A stretch of 64,000 bases of DNA, taken from NCBI GenBank assembly GCA_965208615.1, contig CBDBPB010000007.1:384001-448000 (forward strand), given 5' to 3'. This DNA comes from Spirochaetota bacterium. Its GTDB lineage: Bacteria > Spirochaetota > UBA6919 > CBDBPB01. Of the stretch, positions 41,066-49,908 are shown piece by piece (position 1 is the stretch's first letter; every line of letters starts with the position of its first letter). The notes beneath the pieces were generated by a model. It worked only from the letters and a program-made list of their open reading frames with translations, was not told where the DNA came from and did no database searches. Position numbers and translations under genes: made by a program.

Positions 41066-41851
41066 TTAAATAGCCTTAATATGACTTAGCTTACTTCTAA
41101 GCCTAATAATTGCTTTTGCATGTATCTGAGAAACTCTTGATTGAGATATGTTTAATATCTCTTTGATTTTTTTTAATTTTAAATCTTCATAATAATATAG
41201 AATAAGCACTTTTTTTTCTTTTTCAGGCAATTCTTCAATTATTTTTGCAATAACTTTTTTAACCTCTTCTTTGCCTACCATTATATCTGGGTTAAAAGAG
41301 TTAGGGCTTTCTATTGTTTCAATAATAGAGACTTTACCACTATCATAACCTAAATACCATGCATCATTAACAGATATTAATGATGTTCTGCATATTTTTA
41401 ATAGTGTTTGCTGAAAGTCGTCTACGGGGATTCCTAATTCACCAGCAATTTCTTCATCTGTGGGAGCTCTGCACAATCTGTTTTCTAAAGTATTAACAGC
41501 AGATTCAATTTCTTTAGCTTTCTGTCTTATTGATCTCGGTACCCAGTCAATAGAACGTAGCTCATCATATATTGCTCCCCTTATTCGTATAAACGCATAA
41601 CATTTAAATTTAATATCTCGAGATGGATCAAATTTTTCAATAGCATCAAGTAAACCAAAAACACCATACCCAACTAAATCGTCAAAATCAATATCTTGAG
41701 GCAGCAAGATTCTATTTGCAACTTTATTTGCAACATATTTTACTAAAGGAAGATATTGTATAATAAAGTTTTCTCTTATTGTTGGGTCTTGTGTTTTTTT
41801 ATACGTTTTGAACATATTTTTTTCTTTTTGATTAAGCATTTTTGTACACAC
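41066..41851 (-). CDS. fliA: Prophage-encoded FliA/WhiG (sigma28) family RNA polymerase sigma factor
   Basis: YLPLVKYVA, DDLVGYG..GLLDAIEKFD, IRIRGAIYDELR..DWVPRS, L.YYE.L, SRVSQIH; overlaps gemA stop; ATG at 41839 is an alternative start. Confidence 0.92.
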   Translation of the reverse strand: MCTKMLNQKEKNMFKTYKKTQDPTIRENFIIQYLPLVKYVANKVANRILLPQDIDFDDLVGYGVFGLLDAIEKFDPSRDIKFKCYAFIRIRGAIYDELRSIDWVPRSIRQKAKEIESAVNTLENRLCRAPTDEEIAGELGIPVDDFQQTLLKICRTSLISVNDAWYLGYDSGKVSIIETIESPNSFNPDIMVGKEEVKKVIAKIIEELPEKEKKVLILYYYEDLKLKKIKEILNISQSRVSQIHAKAIIRLRSKLSHIKAI

Positions 41852-42251
41852 CTTTTAGAGCCTCAATCAATATGGATGCTTGTTCCTTAGATAATCTATC
41901 ATAGGGCTTTTTAACAATTTTATTAGAGAAGTTACTAAGTTCTTCTTCATCCCATTTTAGTTGATAGCATAGTTTTAATATTTTTCTTTTTTGGCCTGGA
42001 CTCATAAGGGAAATTATATTCCCTTTTGAGTTTGGGGATGGCTTAGTATTTCTATATCTACCCTTTGAGGCGTTATATTTTGATATTAATGTCTCTATAA
42101 TCTTGTAAGCCTCCTGCCTTGTCAATTGTCTTATTGACTGCTTTCCACAAAGACCATAGATTATCTCGTATAAAGCCTCTTTGGGTAGCCTAACTTCATT
42201 TGTGCAAGCCCATATTTTAGCTATTTGTCTATTGCTAATACTATTTGTCAT
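41832..42251 (-). CDS. Mu gp16/GemA-like protein (DUF1018)
   Basis: QIAKI..., GKQS...LT..EA...IE.L, Q.RKI, L...QAS.LIEALK. Confidence 0.8.
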   Translation of the reverse strand: MTNSISNRQIAKIWACTNEVRLPKEALYEIIYGLCGKQSIRQLTRQEAYKIIETLISKYNASKGRYRNTKPSPNSKGNIISLMSPGQKRKILKLCYQLKWDEEELSNFSNKIVKKPYDRLSKEQASILIEALKGVYKNA

Positions 42252-42624
42252 TTGCTTTTACATATAGCCTTTCGCTTGTGGATGTGTTAGTTATGTCAAC
42301 CAGAGCCCTTACATTACCTTTTAGAGCTTCCTTACCTTTTTTGGTTAGGGTATATCTCTCACTTATCCAGCTGGAGGCGTTCTCTTTTGTTATAGTCCCC
42401 TTTTCAATAGCGTCTTTTAACGTTATTGGATCAATGAGTGTGTATTTAGTCTCAGCAAGGCTTACCCTGCCTTTGTTGGTATTTATGCTCTCTCCTCTAA
42501 CCATAAAGCTAATAACCTTTTTGCTTAGGCTGTTATAGCTATTTTCCATGGCCTTAAGAGCTTTGTAGCACTTGATAAGCTTTTTAACTTCTTTAATTTT
42601 GTCTTTTTCCATGTTAAAAATCAT
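42241..42624 (-). CDS. Phage hypothetical early protein
   Basis: AAGGAG SD; coupled to gemA-like gene. Confidence 0.65.
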   Translation of the reverse strand: MIFNMEKDKIKEVKKLIKCYKALKAMENSYNSLSKKVISFMVRGESINTNKGRVSLAETKYTLIDPITLKDAIEKGTITKENASSWISERYTLTKKGKEALKGNVRALVDITNTSTSERLYVKANDK

Positions 42625-42640
42625 TTTACTCTCCTTGTTT

Positions 42641-43489
42641 TTAGATGTGTTTAAAATGTTTATTAGTCAAAATATTAGACCCAGCATTTTTGGCTATAAT
42701 TAAACCTTCTTTTAAAAGTTTGTTTATCTCCAAAAAGGATGATTGGCGTTTGGCTATCTCTTCAAAGGCGGAATTGTCAATACAACTGATATTAAGTTTA
42801 TTAGTCTTTGCAATATGTTTTATATACTCTCTGCACTCATCAGGGGTTGCAATGCTGGCTATTGATAGACATTCTATTCTATTGTTGATTTCTTTGTTAT
42901 TAGGCTCATTCAACAATGTGGATAGCTTGTTCTGTCCTATCAGCACTATACTAATAAGCCTGCTAAAGCCATAAGTACTCTCCCAAATGCTTTTTAAGGA
43001 AAACAGATTATCCTTGTTCATTCTGTGAGCCTCATCCACAATAAGGACGGCCTTCTTATTCTCTTTAACCAAAGAAGTTAGTATATGCTTTACCTGTCTT
43101 ATAAAGGCCTCATTTGATCTTGTTGTCTTTGTGCCAGGCTGAATGTCAAATAAAAGAGCTTCGTATATTTGTCTTAGTCCTACTTTGATAAACTCATGAT
43201 TTTCTATATTGCATATTATTGTTGAACTGTCATTTTTATAAAAGTCAGCCAAATATCTAACGAGGTATGTCTTGCCAGAGCCTGTCTCACCGGTTATAGC
43301 AATGAACTTCTTATTCTTAATTGCGTTGAATATAAAGGCGAATGCAAGTCTAAAGCCTTCAGATAAAAATATATCCTTTTCATTTTCTATTTTGTTGATA
43401 ATACTAATGTTATCAATAAGTTTGTTAATGCTATCTTCAGTTCCTTTTTTTAGTTTTGGAACAGCTCTTTCTTTCATTTTGGTAATCAT
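42641..43489 (-). CDS. MuB-like / ExeA-type AAA transposition ATPase
   Basis: Walker A GETGSGKT, Walker B IVDEAH, LIGQ; follows transposase. Confidence 0.88.
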   Translation of the reverse strand: MITKMKERAVPKLKKGTEDSINKLIDNISIINKIENEKDIFLSEGFRLAFAFIFNAIKNKKFIAITGETGSGKTYLVRYLADFYKNDSSTIICNIENHEFIKVGLRQIYEALLFDIQPGTKTTRSNEAFIRQVKHILTSLVKENKKAVLIVDEAHRMNKDNLFSLKSIWESTYGFSRLISIVLIGQNKLSTLLNEPNNKEINNRIECLSIASIATPDECREYIKHIAKTNKLNISCIDNSAFEEIAKRQSSFLEINKLLKEGLIIAKNAGSNILTNKHFKHI

Positions 43490-43507
43490 AGTAGCGCTCC
43501 TTATTTG

Positions 43508-45106
43508 TTAGGCTGAGTCAGCCTCTTTAACTTTTCTAATTAGAGAGTTAAGTTCACTTTCATATATTTTATTTCTATCACCAAAGAGGTTCTCAAGAGT
43601 CAGCTCAACAGCAGTGGTTACTTTTATATCATTGCTTGCTAAGTATATACACGCTGACTCAAAGTCATGGGCAGTCTGATTGATATTTCTTTTAATGTTA
43701 AAGTTTACTACATTTGGTTTTTCGTATTGCTTTTTGCTTACTTTTTCCAGCCCTGATACCATCTCGATTCTGGTTGTATAACTACCTGTGGTAACGTTTT
43801 TATAGCTTTCAAGTTCTTTCTTAAGCTTATCCTTTTTGCTTTCCGGCATTTGTTTAAAAGCTCCAAAAGGTATTATATCCTCTCCATAAATATCAATATT
43901 AAAAGCCTTAATTTCTTTTCCTTCCGCAATAATGTTAATCTTGTCTCTATCCCTAATATCCTCTTCCACTTTTACTTTTTTGCCTATGCTGTTTGACAAA
44001 ATATTCCTATAAGTTTTGGCTTGATATGTTTTACCATTCCACTTAATGGTAAAGTTGGGCATCAAAAGCCTTGAGTCCCATTTAGGACAAAGGCTCATAA
44101 AGCTTTTGTAATCAGGAGGCATCACAACTGTTAGATGCTGTAGATGGCTGTAAAACAATGTATTTGGGGCAATATCTGTTACTGAGTGAGTCCTGCTGTT
44201 ATATTCATTAGCTATTGCATTTACCATTTGGTTATACTGTTTTAGGGTAGTGATTTTCTCAATGCGGGTTATGCTCGATCTTTTCTCCAAAAACTGTATA
44301 GACCTTTCAATCATGCCCTTTGCTTGGGGGTTGCCAGGTATATGGGTTAGAAGCTCAACATTCAACTCTTTTAAGGTTTTATTGACAACTCCGCTTCTGT
44401 GGAACATAGAGGCATTATCAGTATAAATATACTTTGGCAGTCCTGTTTTGCTAGTTACCTCATAAAACTGCTGTAACCAAGTTTGGGTGGACTCATGAGT
44501 ATCCACTTTAAACCAGACCTTCCTACTGAACATATCCTGGAATGCCATGAACACAAGTTTAGTCTTTTTATTAGACCTATTCTTATTCTCAGACATTGGA
44601 CTAATATATTTAACAACAGAATCGTTATTTTTTTCATGGCTGACATACCACTGAGTAGCCCTTGTGGAATCCCACTGTAGAACTTCTAAAGGGTAACTTG
44701 TAGTTAGTCTGAGGCTTGCTTTTTTAAGTTTAGACTTTCTGCCAAGCTCGTCATCCCTTAGCCATCTTCTTAGTGTGGATGGATGAATTGGGGACTTTAT
44801 TAGCTGTCCATTTTCAATTTCTCCTTTTATGGTGCCGTCTATTATAAGGTCTTTGATTGCCTCTTCTGCTGGACGCTTATAGGTATTGACTAAAAGGACA
44901 AGCTTGTGGTATACGCTTTCTGGCAGTATTTTTTCTCCCTTATCTGATCGCTTATTCCTACGTCTGTATCCATATTTTCTAAGTTGTCTGTTTACGGATT
45001 GAGGGGTAACGCCATATTTTTTAGCAAGTTCTGGTATAAGGCTTAGGCCTTGCGTGGTTAGTATGTCTATTATGTCTTCCCATTCAGAATTAGTCAACCG
45101 TGGCAT
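43508..45106 (-). CDS. Mu-like DDE transposase (rve core)
   Basis: N-terminal HTH, LQWDS, QDMFSR, YTDNAS, NPQAKGMIERS, YN...HS. Confidence 0.92.
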   Translation of the reverse strand: MPRLTNSEWEDIIDILTTQGLSLIPELAKKYGVTPQSVNRQLRKYGYRRRNKRSDKGEKILPESVYHKLVLLVNTYKRPAEEAIKDLIIDGTIKGEIENGQLIKSPIHPSTLRRWLRDDELGRKSKLKKASLRLTTSYPLEVLQWDSTRATQWYVSHEKNNDSVVKYISPMSENKNRSNKKTKLVFMAFQDMFSRKVWFKVDTHESTQTWLQQFYEVTSKTGLPKYIYTDNASMFHRSGVVNKTLKELNVELLTHIPGNPQAKGMIERSIQFLEKRSSITRIEKITTLKQYNQMVNAIANEYNSRTHSVTDIAPNTLFYSHLQHLTVVMPPDYKSFMSLCPKWDSRLLMPNFTIKWNGKTYQAKTYRNILSNSIGKKVKVEEDIRDRDKINIIAEGKEIKAFNIDIYGEDIIPFGAFKQMPESKKDKLKKELESYKNVTTGSYTTRIEMVSGLEKVSKKQYEKPNVVNFNIKRNINQTAHDFESACIYLASNDIKVTTAVELTLENLFGDRNKIYESELNSLIRKVKEADSA

Positions 45107-45107
45107 G

Positions 45108-45869
45108 TTATCTCCTAATAAGCCTGTCGTCCCATCTGACTCCCCATGCAGTCTGGACGCTTTTTATAGTTGTTACAAGACTTGACAGCAAATCAGTAGC
45201 CTGTCTTTGTTCTATATTTATTATGCTTGCTTTTTGTATGCTGAAAACAGCTTCGTTTATGAGGTCTTGGGCTTTTTTAAGATTCTCTATACAAAGCTTG
45301 TTAGGGTTTTTCAGGTCTTCTATTTGACCTTCAAGCTTTTCGATTTCTTTATCTTTTTCACTAAGCTGGACTTTGCCGAGTTCAATTTGTTTTTCTTTTT
45401 CTATTCTTTTTCGTTTTTCAATCTCTTCGCCCGCCTTAGCTTTTTCAGCCATATTCAGCACATCTCTTTTTGAGAGTTCGTTTACATCTTTTCCTTCCAG
45501 TTTTCCAGTTTTCATTGCTTCATCAAAAAGATCATCAGGAAGTTTGGCAACGGCTTTGAAAGCAAAAGCCTTCATATCAATTATCTTGTTTTTATAAGGG
45601 TAGTATCTTTTTGCTATTTGCATATAACTCTGAGCCGTACGTTGAGAAAAGCCGCAAGACTCTTTTACCCATAAACCAAATTCTCCATGATCAAGTCGTT
45701 CTTTAGCTAGAATTAAATGCCTTCCTAATTCGATTATGTTTAGGAGAGTTTGTGTGTGGAGCTCTTTTATGATACCAGCTGTTCTGTCAGGATCAAAAAT
45801 AAGTCCGTCAGTTAACTCATCAGTTGTTAATTCATTAGTTATAATATCAGTTGTAGCTAATTCGTTCAT
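45108..45869 (-). CDS. DUF3102-domain protein
   Basis: IELGRHL..AKE.LDHGEFG.W....GFS.RTAQ.YM.IA; usual position before Mu transposase. Confidence 0.85.
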   Translation of the reverse strand: MNELATTDIITNELTTDELTDGLIFDPDRTAGIIKELHTQTLLNIIELGRHLILAKERLDHGEFGLWVKESCGFSQRTAQSYMQIAKRYYPYKNKIIDMKAFAFKAVAKLPDDLFDEAMKTGKLEGKDVNELSKRDVLNMAEKAKAGEEIEKRKRIEKEKQIELGKVQLSEKDKEIEKLEGQIEDLKNPNKLCIENLKKAQDLINEAVFSIQKASIINIEQRQATDLLSSLVTTIKSVQTAWGVRWDDRLIRR

Positions 45870-46881
45870 AACTTCCTCCTTGATGGTTGATTAGACTTGT
45901 CAGTTTGCTTTGTACCCAAAGTGGGACGTCATTTGACCTCTCTATTTTTTTTAGATACCCAGTAGTAATTTTTAACTTATCAGACAGCTCTTTTCTATTT
46001 ATGTTTAGCTTGCTTAGGCAGTCTGATATATAGTCAACTGTTTGATTACTGCTTTGTTCTAGCGGTTTGGATGTTTGTTTAGGCTCGCTAGAAAAAACTG
46101 CTTGTCCCCCTTTCCTGTTTACATTATGGAGGTTATTGGCTTTATTTTTATCGAAGGGGGTTATTTTTGTTACAGGAAGAGAGACAAGCAAATAACAAAA
46201 CGATAATGGAATTATACTTAGTAAAATGGATATAAAAGCTTTATTAAACATGCTTACAACAGTTGCTGGAATACCAGTTCGCTGGTCTAAGGAGGCCAAT
46301 ATGGTTTCTTTTTTGGTTTTTAGTGCTATAGGTTTTAGATTGGATAGTTTAGCCTGTTCCTTTGTCCAAGTTTGATTTAAGTTCTTAATATCGTTATTCA
46401 GTCTATGGATCATCCATCTTGAATCAGTACTTTGTATTTTATTTATAGTTTGATATTTAGCTTTTATTTGTTGTTCTATACTGCCCATTCTTTTTGATAT
46501 TAACTCTTTATTTTTGTATGAGTTTTGATATTTAGCGTTATTGTTTATGGTGATGGTTTGGATTTCTTTGTTTTTGTTAAGGGATAGGCTTGTCATAACA
46601 GCGAAGTTAGCAAAGCTGGCAAAGGCAATTAGCACGGCTGATATTGTACCAAACACGGTTTTTGCTAATCTTTTGTTTGACTTGAACAAAAACACATGGC
46701 TTATTATTTCTAATATTAGGACGGCCGCTAAAGTGGATATGCCTAAGGATACGGAGTTCATTTCTTGGATAAATAGTTCTTTTTGGATGAGAAATATTAA
46801 AATTATTACAGCTATTAAAATTGTTATTAGTAAATATCTCCATAATGTTTTCATTTTTTCTCCCTGTTTTGTTTTAGCCAT
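45847..46881 (-). CDS. Membrane protein with coiled coil and C-terminal XRE-like HTH
   Basis: Three N-terminal TM helices, coiled coil, fourth TM, LNINRKELSDKLKITTGYLKKIE. Confidence 0.65.
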   Translation of the reverse strand: MAKTKQGEKMKTLWRYLLITILIAVIILIFLIQKELFIQEMNSVSLGISTLAAVLILEIISHVFLFKSNKRLAKTVFGTISAVLIAFASFANFAVMTSLSLNKNKEIQTITINNNAKYQNSYKNKELISKRMGSIEQQIKAKYQTINKIQSTDSRWMIHRLNNDIKNLNQTWTKEQAKLSNLKPIALKTKKETILASLDQRTGIPATVVSMFNKAFISILLSIIPLSFCYLLVSLPVTKITPFDKNKANNLHNVNRKGGQAVFSSEPKQTSKPLEQSSNQTVDYISDCLSKLNINRKELSDKLKITTGYLKKIERSNDVPLWVQSKLTSLINHQGGSYERISYN

Positions 46882-47039
46882 TTATCCTTTAGGACAACAG
46901 CTTTTAAAGTTTTATAAAGCTTGTTTTTTTCATCATCATCCATGCGATGGTATTTATTTATCACTCCAATTATATAATCTCGTTCATGTTTTGTTAGCTT
47001 AGGCAGTTCTGATAACGGTATAGACTCAAAATGCTTCAT
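46851..47039 (-). CDS. Phage hypothetical protein
   Basis: 62 aa; TAATG coupling to upstream gene. Confidence 0.6.
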   Translation of the reverse strand: MKHFESIPLSELPKLTKHERDYIIGVINKYHRMDDDEKNKLYKTLKAVVLKDKWLKQNREKK

Positions 47040-47527
47040 TACGCTAACCTCTTGAACTTATTTGGTCTTATATGCAGTTCTTCAGCCCATTTATGCAATT
47101 CTTTGTTCGAAAAGACTGCTTCTACTTGAGCTTCATTGACTATACCAAATATGTTTTCCCAGTTAAGGCCTGCTTTTCTTAATCTTAGCTTTATCAAGGC
47201 TATATATTCTTTTTTTGATAAGTATGAATAGTTATTCTGAACAACTTTGTGAAGGCAGGTTTTCAGAAATTCAGACTCGCTAAGTCGTTTGAGATCGTAT
47301 TTTTTATGACAAAACGCAGATCGGATTTCATTTTCGAGTAGATTTAGCTTTTTCAAAAAAGCAACTACGTCATTGTGTCTTTTGTTTTTGGTATTAAGAT
47401 ACTTATAGGCTGTGGCAGAACTGACGCCAAAGTGCAACATGATGTTTTTGATTATGTCCTTTTTTTTAAGAATTTTTCTTCTTTCGTTATATGAGTGTAT
47501 CTCTATGCTGTTCATTTCACACCTCAA
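47039..47527 (-). CDS. Phage protein with N-terminal HTH-like motif
   Basis: IMLHFGVSSATAYKYL; likely start ATG 47515 after GAGGTG. Confidence 0.6.
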   Translation of the reverse strand: MRCEMNSIEIHSYNERRKILKKKDIIKNIMLHFGVSSATAYKYLNTKNKRHNDVVAFLKKLNLLENEIRSAFCHKKYDLKRLSESEFLKTCLHKVVQNNYSYLSKKEYIALIKLRLRKAGLNWENIFGIVNEAQVEAVFSNKELHKWAEELHIRPNKFKRLA

Positions 47528-47553
47528 ACGCCAGCACTTGCTGGCGGGAATAA

Positions 47554-47734
47554 CTACATTTTTCTTATCAGATTGATTGTATCTAGAACGTCTTTTTCAG
47601 AGTAATGACCCATTATTTCTCTCTCAGCTTTCTTTAAAAGAGACTCAAATCTGCTCTGTAAGAACAGGCATCGTTTTTTTTAAACAAAGAGCACTTTGAA
47701 GCATGTTTTGGACTTCGCTTGACAATACTTCCAT
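47554..47734 (-). CDS. Small phage protein (59 aa) with +1 frameshift in T8 at 47674-47681
   Basis: GGGGG SD; MEVLSSEV..CLKK joins RCLFLQSRFES..RKM if one A is removed. Confidence 0.5.
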
Positions 47735-47777
47735 GAACTTCCCCCTTCTTTTTTTTATAACTCAGGCATGCCTATCG

Positions 47778-47913
47778 CTAAGCGGGATCTGCAAACAGGG
47801 CTGGGTGCTGGCTTATAAGTTCTACAGCCCTATCTAAAACTGACAAAGCTAAGCACAACTTTAAAAGCTAATTGCTCTATTTCTTGTTTTCCAGCTAAGT
47901 ATTTGTTATTCAC
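47778..47913 (-). pseudogene. Frameshifted paralog of the 49-aa genes at 48391 and 48563
   Basis: GTG start after GGGAG; KQEIEQLAFKVVLSF, then in another frame SVLDRAVELISQHPALF, aligning with KKEIENKAFII..ILKKAMEMIRENPMLF. Confidence 0.5.
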
Positions 47914-47923
47914 TGCCTGCTCC

Positions 47924-48151
47924 CTATGGCTCTACTAATACTTTAGATTTTCTTCTTTTCAATCTTGGGTGATAGTATTTTTTCTGGAACTCAATTAGGC
48001 TGTCTTTTTCTATTAACCAAACAGTCCCGCCTGCTAAACGGGAACCAATTCGCTCTTCTCTGCAAAACTTTGTAATAGATGACTTTGGGATGCCTGTCCA
48101 TGCGGTAGCTTCTGACACGACAAAAACATCATTTAAATTAATTTTTTCCAT
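47924..48151 (-). CDS. Excisionase-like HTH protein
   Basis: VSEATAWTGIPKSSITKFCR..RI......WLI...L. Confidence 0.7.
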   Translation of the reverse strand: MEKINLNDVFVVSEATAWTGIPKSSITKFCREERIGSRLAGGTVWLIEKDSLIEFQKKYYHPRLKRRKSKVLVEP

Positions 48152-48244
48152 AAACTTCCCCCTTTTTTTGTACTCCCCTCCAGCCTATCGCTTGTCATTG
48201 TGTTGTGTTATAGTTACCTTTGTGTAAAATATCTGGAGGTAACT

Positions 48245-48394
48245 ATGACAGAAGACAACGACCTAAAAAGCATTCTCATCGAGATATCTCAACAGCTAAA
48301 TGACATTAAAACTCTTCTATCAGAGCATCTCCCAGCCCTCTCAGAAAACTCTAAGAAGCTTGTCAAGAGATCAGCTATGAAGCCAAGAATTTAG
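48245..48394 (+). CDS. Counter-oriented small protein (49 aa), moron-like
   Basis: GGAGGT SD; extended -10 TGtTATAGT at ~48206-48214; coiled-coil-like sequence. Confidence 0.6.
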   Translation: MTEDNDLKSILIEISQQLNDIKTLLSEHLPALSENSKKLVKRSAMKPRI

Positions 48395-48540
48395 TTATCA
48401 AATAGTATTGAATTAGCTTCTATCAACTCTTTGACTCGCCCTAAAGTAGACAGGGCGAGCTTTTTTGGCATATCAGACATTTGGAGCATTATGGTATAAG
48501 CCCCTTCTTCACGACGTTTTGTATCTTCTTTGTTTTCCAT
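48391..48540 (-). CDS. Small phage protein (49 aa)
   Basis: AGGGAG SD; MENKEDTKRREEGAYTIM..ELIEANSILFDN. Confidence 0.6.
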   Translation of the reverse strand: MENKEDTKRREEGAYTIMLQMSDMPKKLALSTLGRVKELIEANSILFDN

Positions 48541-48562
48541 GTTTGTCTCCCTTTTTATTTTT

Positions 48563-48712
48563 TTATTCCGAAAAACAAAAGAGCATAGGATTTTCTCTTA
48601 TCATTTCCATTGCTTTCTTTAGTATAGCAACAGAATCGCAAACTGATTCTGTTGAAAAGCCAATAGCGATTATAAATGCTTTGTTCTCAATCTCTTTTTT
48701 AGACAGCTTCAT
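48563..48712 (-). CDS. Small phage protein (49 aa), paralog of 48391..48540
   Basis: ATGA overlap with upstream gene; MKLSKKEIENKAFII..EMIRENPMLFCFSE. Confidence 0.6.
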   Translation of the reverse strand: MKLSKKEIENKAFIIAIGFSTESVCDSVAILKKAMEMIRENPMLFCFSE

Positions 48713-48945
48713 ACTACCTTCCTCGCTGGCCTGAAGGGATACTCGTTGCCTCCACTCCGAAACGTCACAAACAATCTGTTAAGATTGTGATAATGCCAGT
48801 ACTCATAAGGCATTATCCCCACATTGTTTCTTAGATGCCCGTTATCCAAAACGGATTTATAGGTTATTCCATGATAAACTATTTCTAACTCATCAGACAA
48901 AGTACTGCAATGATAATCTTTTGCAGACGGTTTAATAGCATACAT
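48709..48945 (-). CDS. Phage hypothetical protein
   Basis: AAGGAG SD, 78 aa. Confidence 0.6.
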   Translation of the reverse strand: MYAIKPSAKDYHCSTLSDELEIVYHGITYKSVLDNGHLRNNVGIMPYEYWHYHNLNRLFVTFRSGGNEYPFRPARKVV

Positions 48946-48956
48946 TTTATTCTCCT

Positions 48957-49904
48957 TTAGTTTGTAGTTGCAAATCTAACTGGAAAATTATCTTTTATTT
49001 TGTGTTTAATGTTGTGTTTAACGCTATTAGCTTTAAAGTCGCTATTATCATCAGCCCTCTCTATTTGGCAAAAAGACATATTGTCTAATTCACGCATAAG
49101 TTCTAAGTTCTCTCTTTTTTTAAGCTCTTGTATGCACTTATAGATTATCAATTTTCTTTGATAAAACTTCTTATCTGCTTTGTCCGTGCTAAAAAGAGCA
49201 GTGAAGTGATGATAACAGTCAACTGCAAGCTCTTTAGAGTTTTCTATTTTGTAATTTTGAAACCAAGCAAGGATATGGATAGCTGGAAAACATAGGCTCT
49301 TTTTTAGCTTGTTGCTAAAGTTAGGCACTAAAACATTAGTCACAGGAATATTAGCTTTTTTGATAGCCCTGTATGCCCTTTGTGAGTCAAGATTAAGGAC
49401 CTGACAAACATTATTAACAACTAATAAAATCTCTTTTGAGATCTTATTGCGAAGTGCTATAAAGACTTTGTCTGACTCATAAGGAATGGCTTTAAGGTCG
49501 TAAGACATACTATAATGAAATGTTCTTGGCTTTTTTGGCTTAACTTTGCCCAAAAAGTGCTCGGCTAATACTTTGGCTGCTTCGTCTTGATACAATTCAA
49601 GCTTTTTTTGGAGTTCTGGCTTAACTTTATTTATGTTGATTGTTGTTAGCCACAGTGGAATTAAATCGTGGCGAATGCAAAACATGTCTTGTGCTGTGAC
49701 TGCTCCTCTTGTCGGTATTGGGATAATCACAACACCTTTAGATAAAGTTCTGTTGTTTTTGATTTTTGTATATTGTGCAGGATAGTCAATCCCTAAAGCC
49801 TCACAAATGAGCTTGAGAGGAGTGCAAATGTCATTAGTTTGCCTGTCCAGCACTGCTGTTATTTTATCACCGTAAAAATCGATTGTAGATATTTCATTTC
49901 TCAT
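48957..49904 (-). CDS. Antirepressor (P22 AR N-terminal domain) copy 3, with a second degenerate AR-like domain
   Basis: IDFYGD..., ICEALGID..Q..KI, MFCI...PLWL..I...KVKPE, YQDEAAKVL. Confidence 0.85.
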   Translation of the reverse strand: MRNEISTIDFYGDKITAVLDRQTNDICTPLKLICEALGIDYPAQYTKIKNNRTLSKGVVIIPIPTRGAVTAQDMFCIRHDLIPLWLTTININKVKPELQKKLELYQDEAAKVLAEHFLGKVKPKKPRTFHYSMSYDLKAIPYESDKVFIALRNKISKEILLVVNNVCQVLNLDSQRAYRAIKKANIPVTNVLVPNFSNKLKKSLCFPAIHILAWFQNYKIENSKELAVDCYHHFTALFSTDKADKKFYQRKLIIYKCIQELKKRENLELMRELDNMSFCQIERADDNSDFKANSVKHNIKHKIKDNFPVRFATTN

Positions 49905-49908
49905 TTTC

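Noticed and set aside
41066-41851. fliA as an ordinary host gene flanking the prophage
   Set aside because: It overlaps the gemA-like gene, has no flagellar neighbours and lies inside the putative end repeats; not fully excluded without junction reads.
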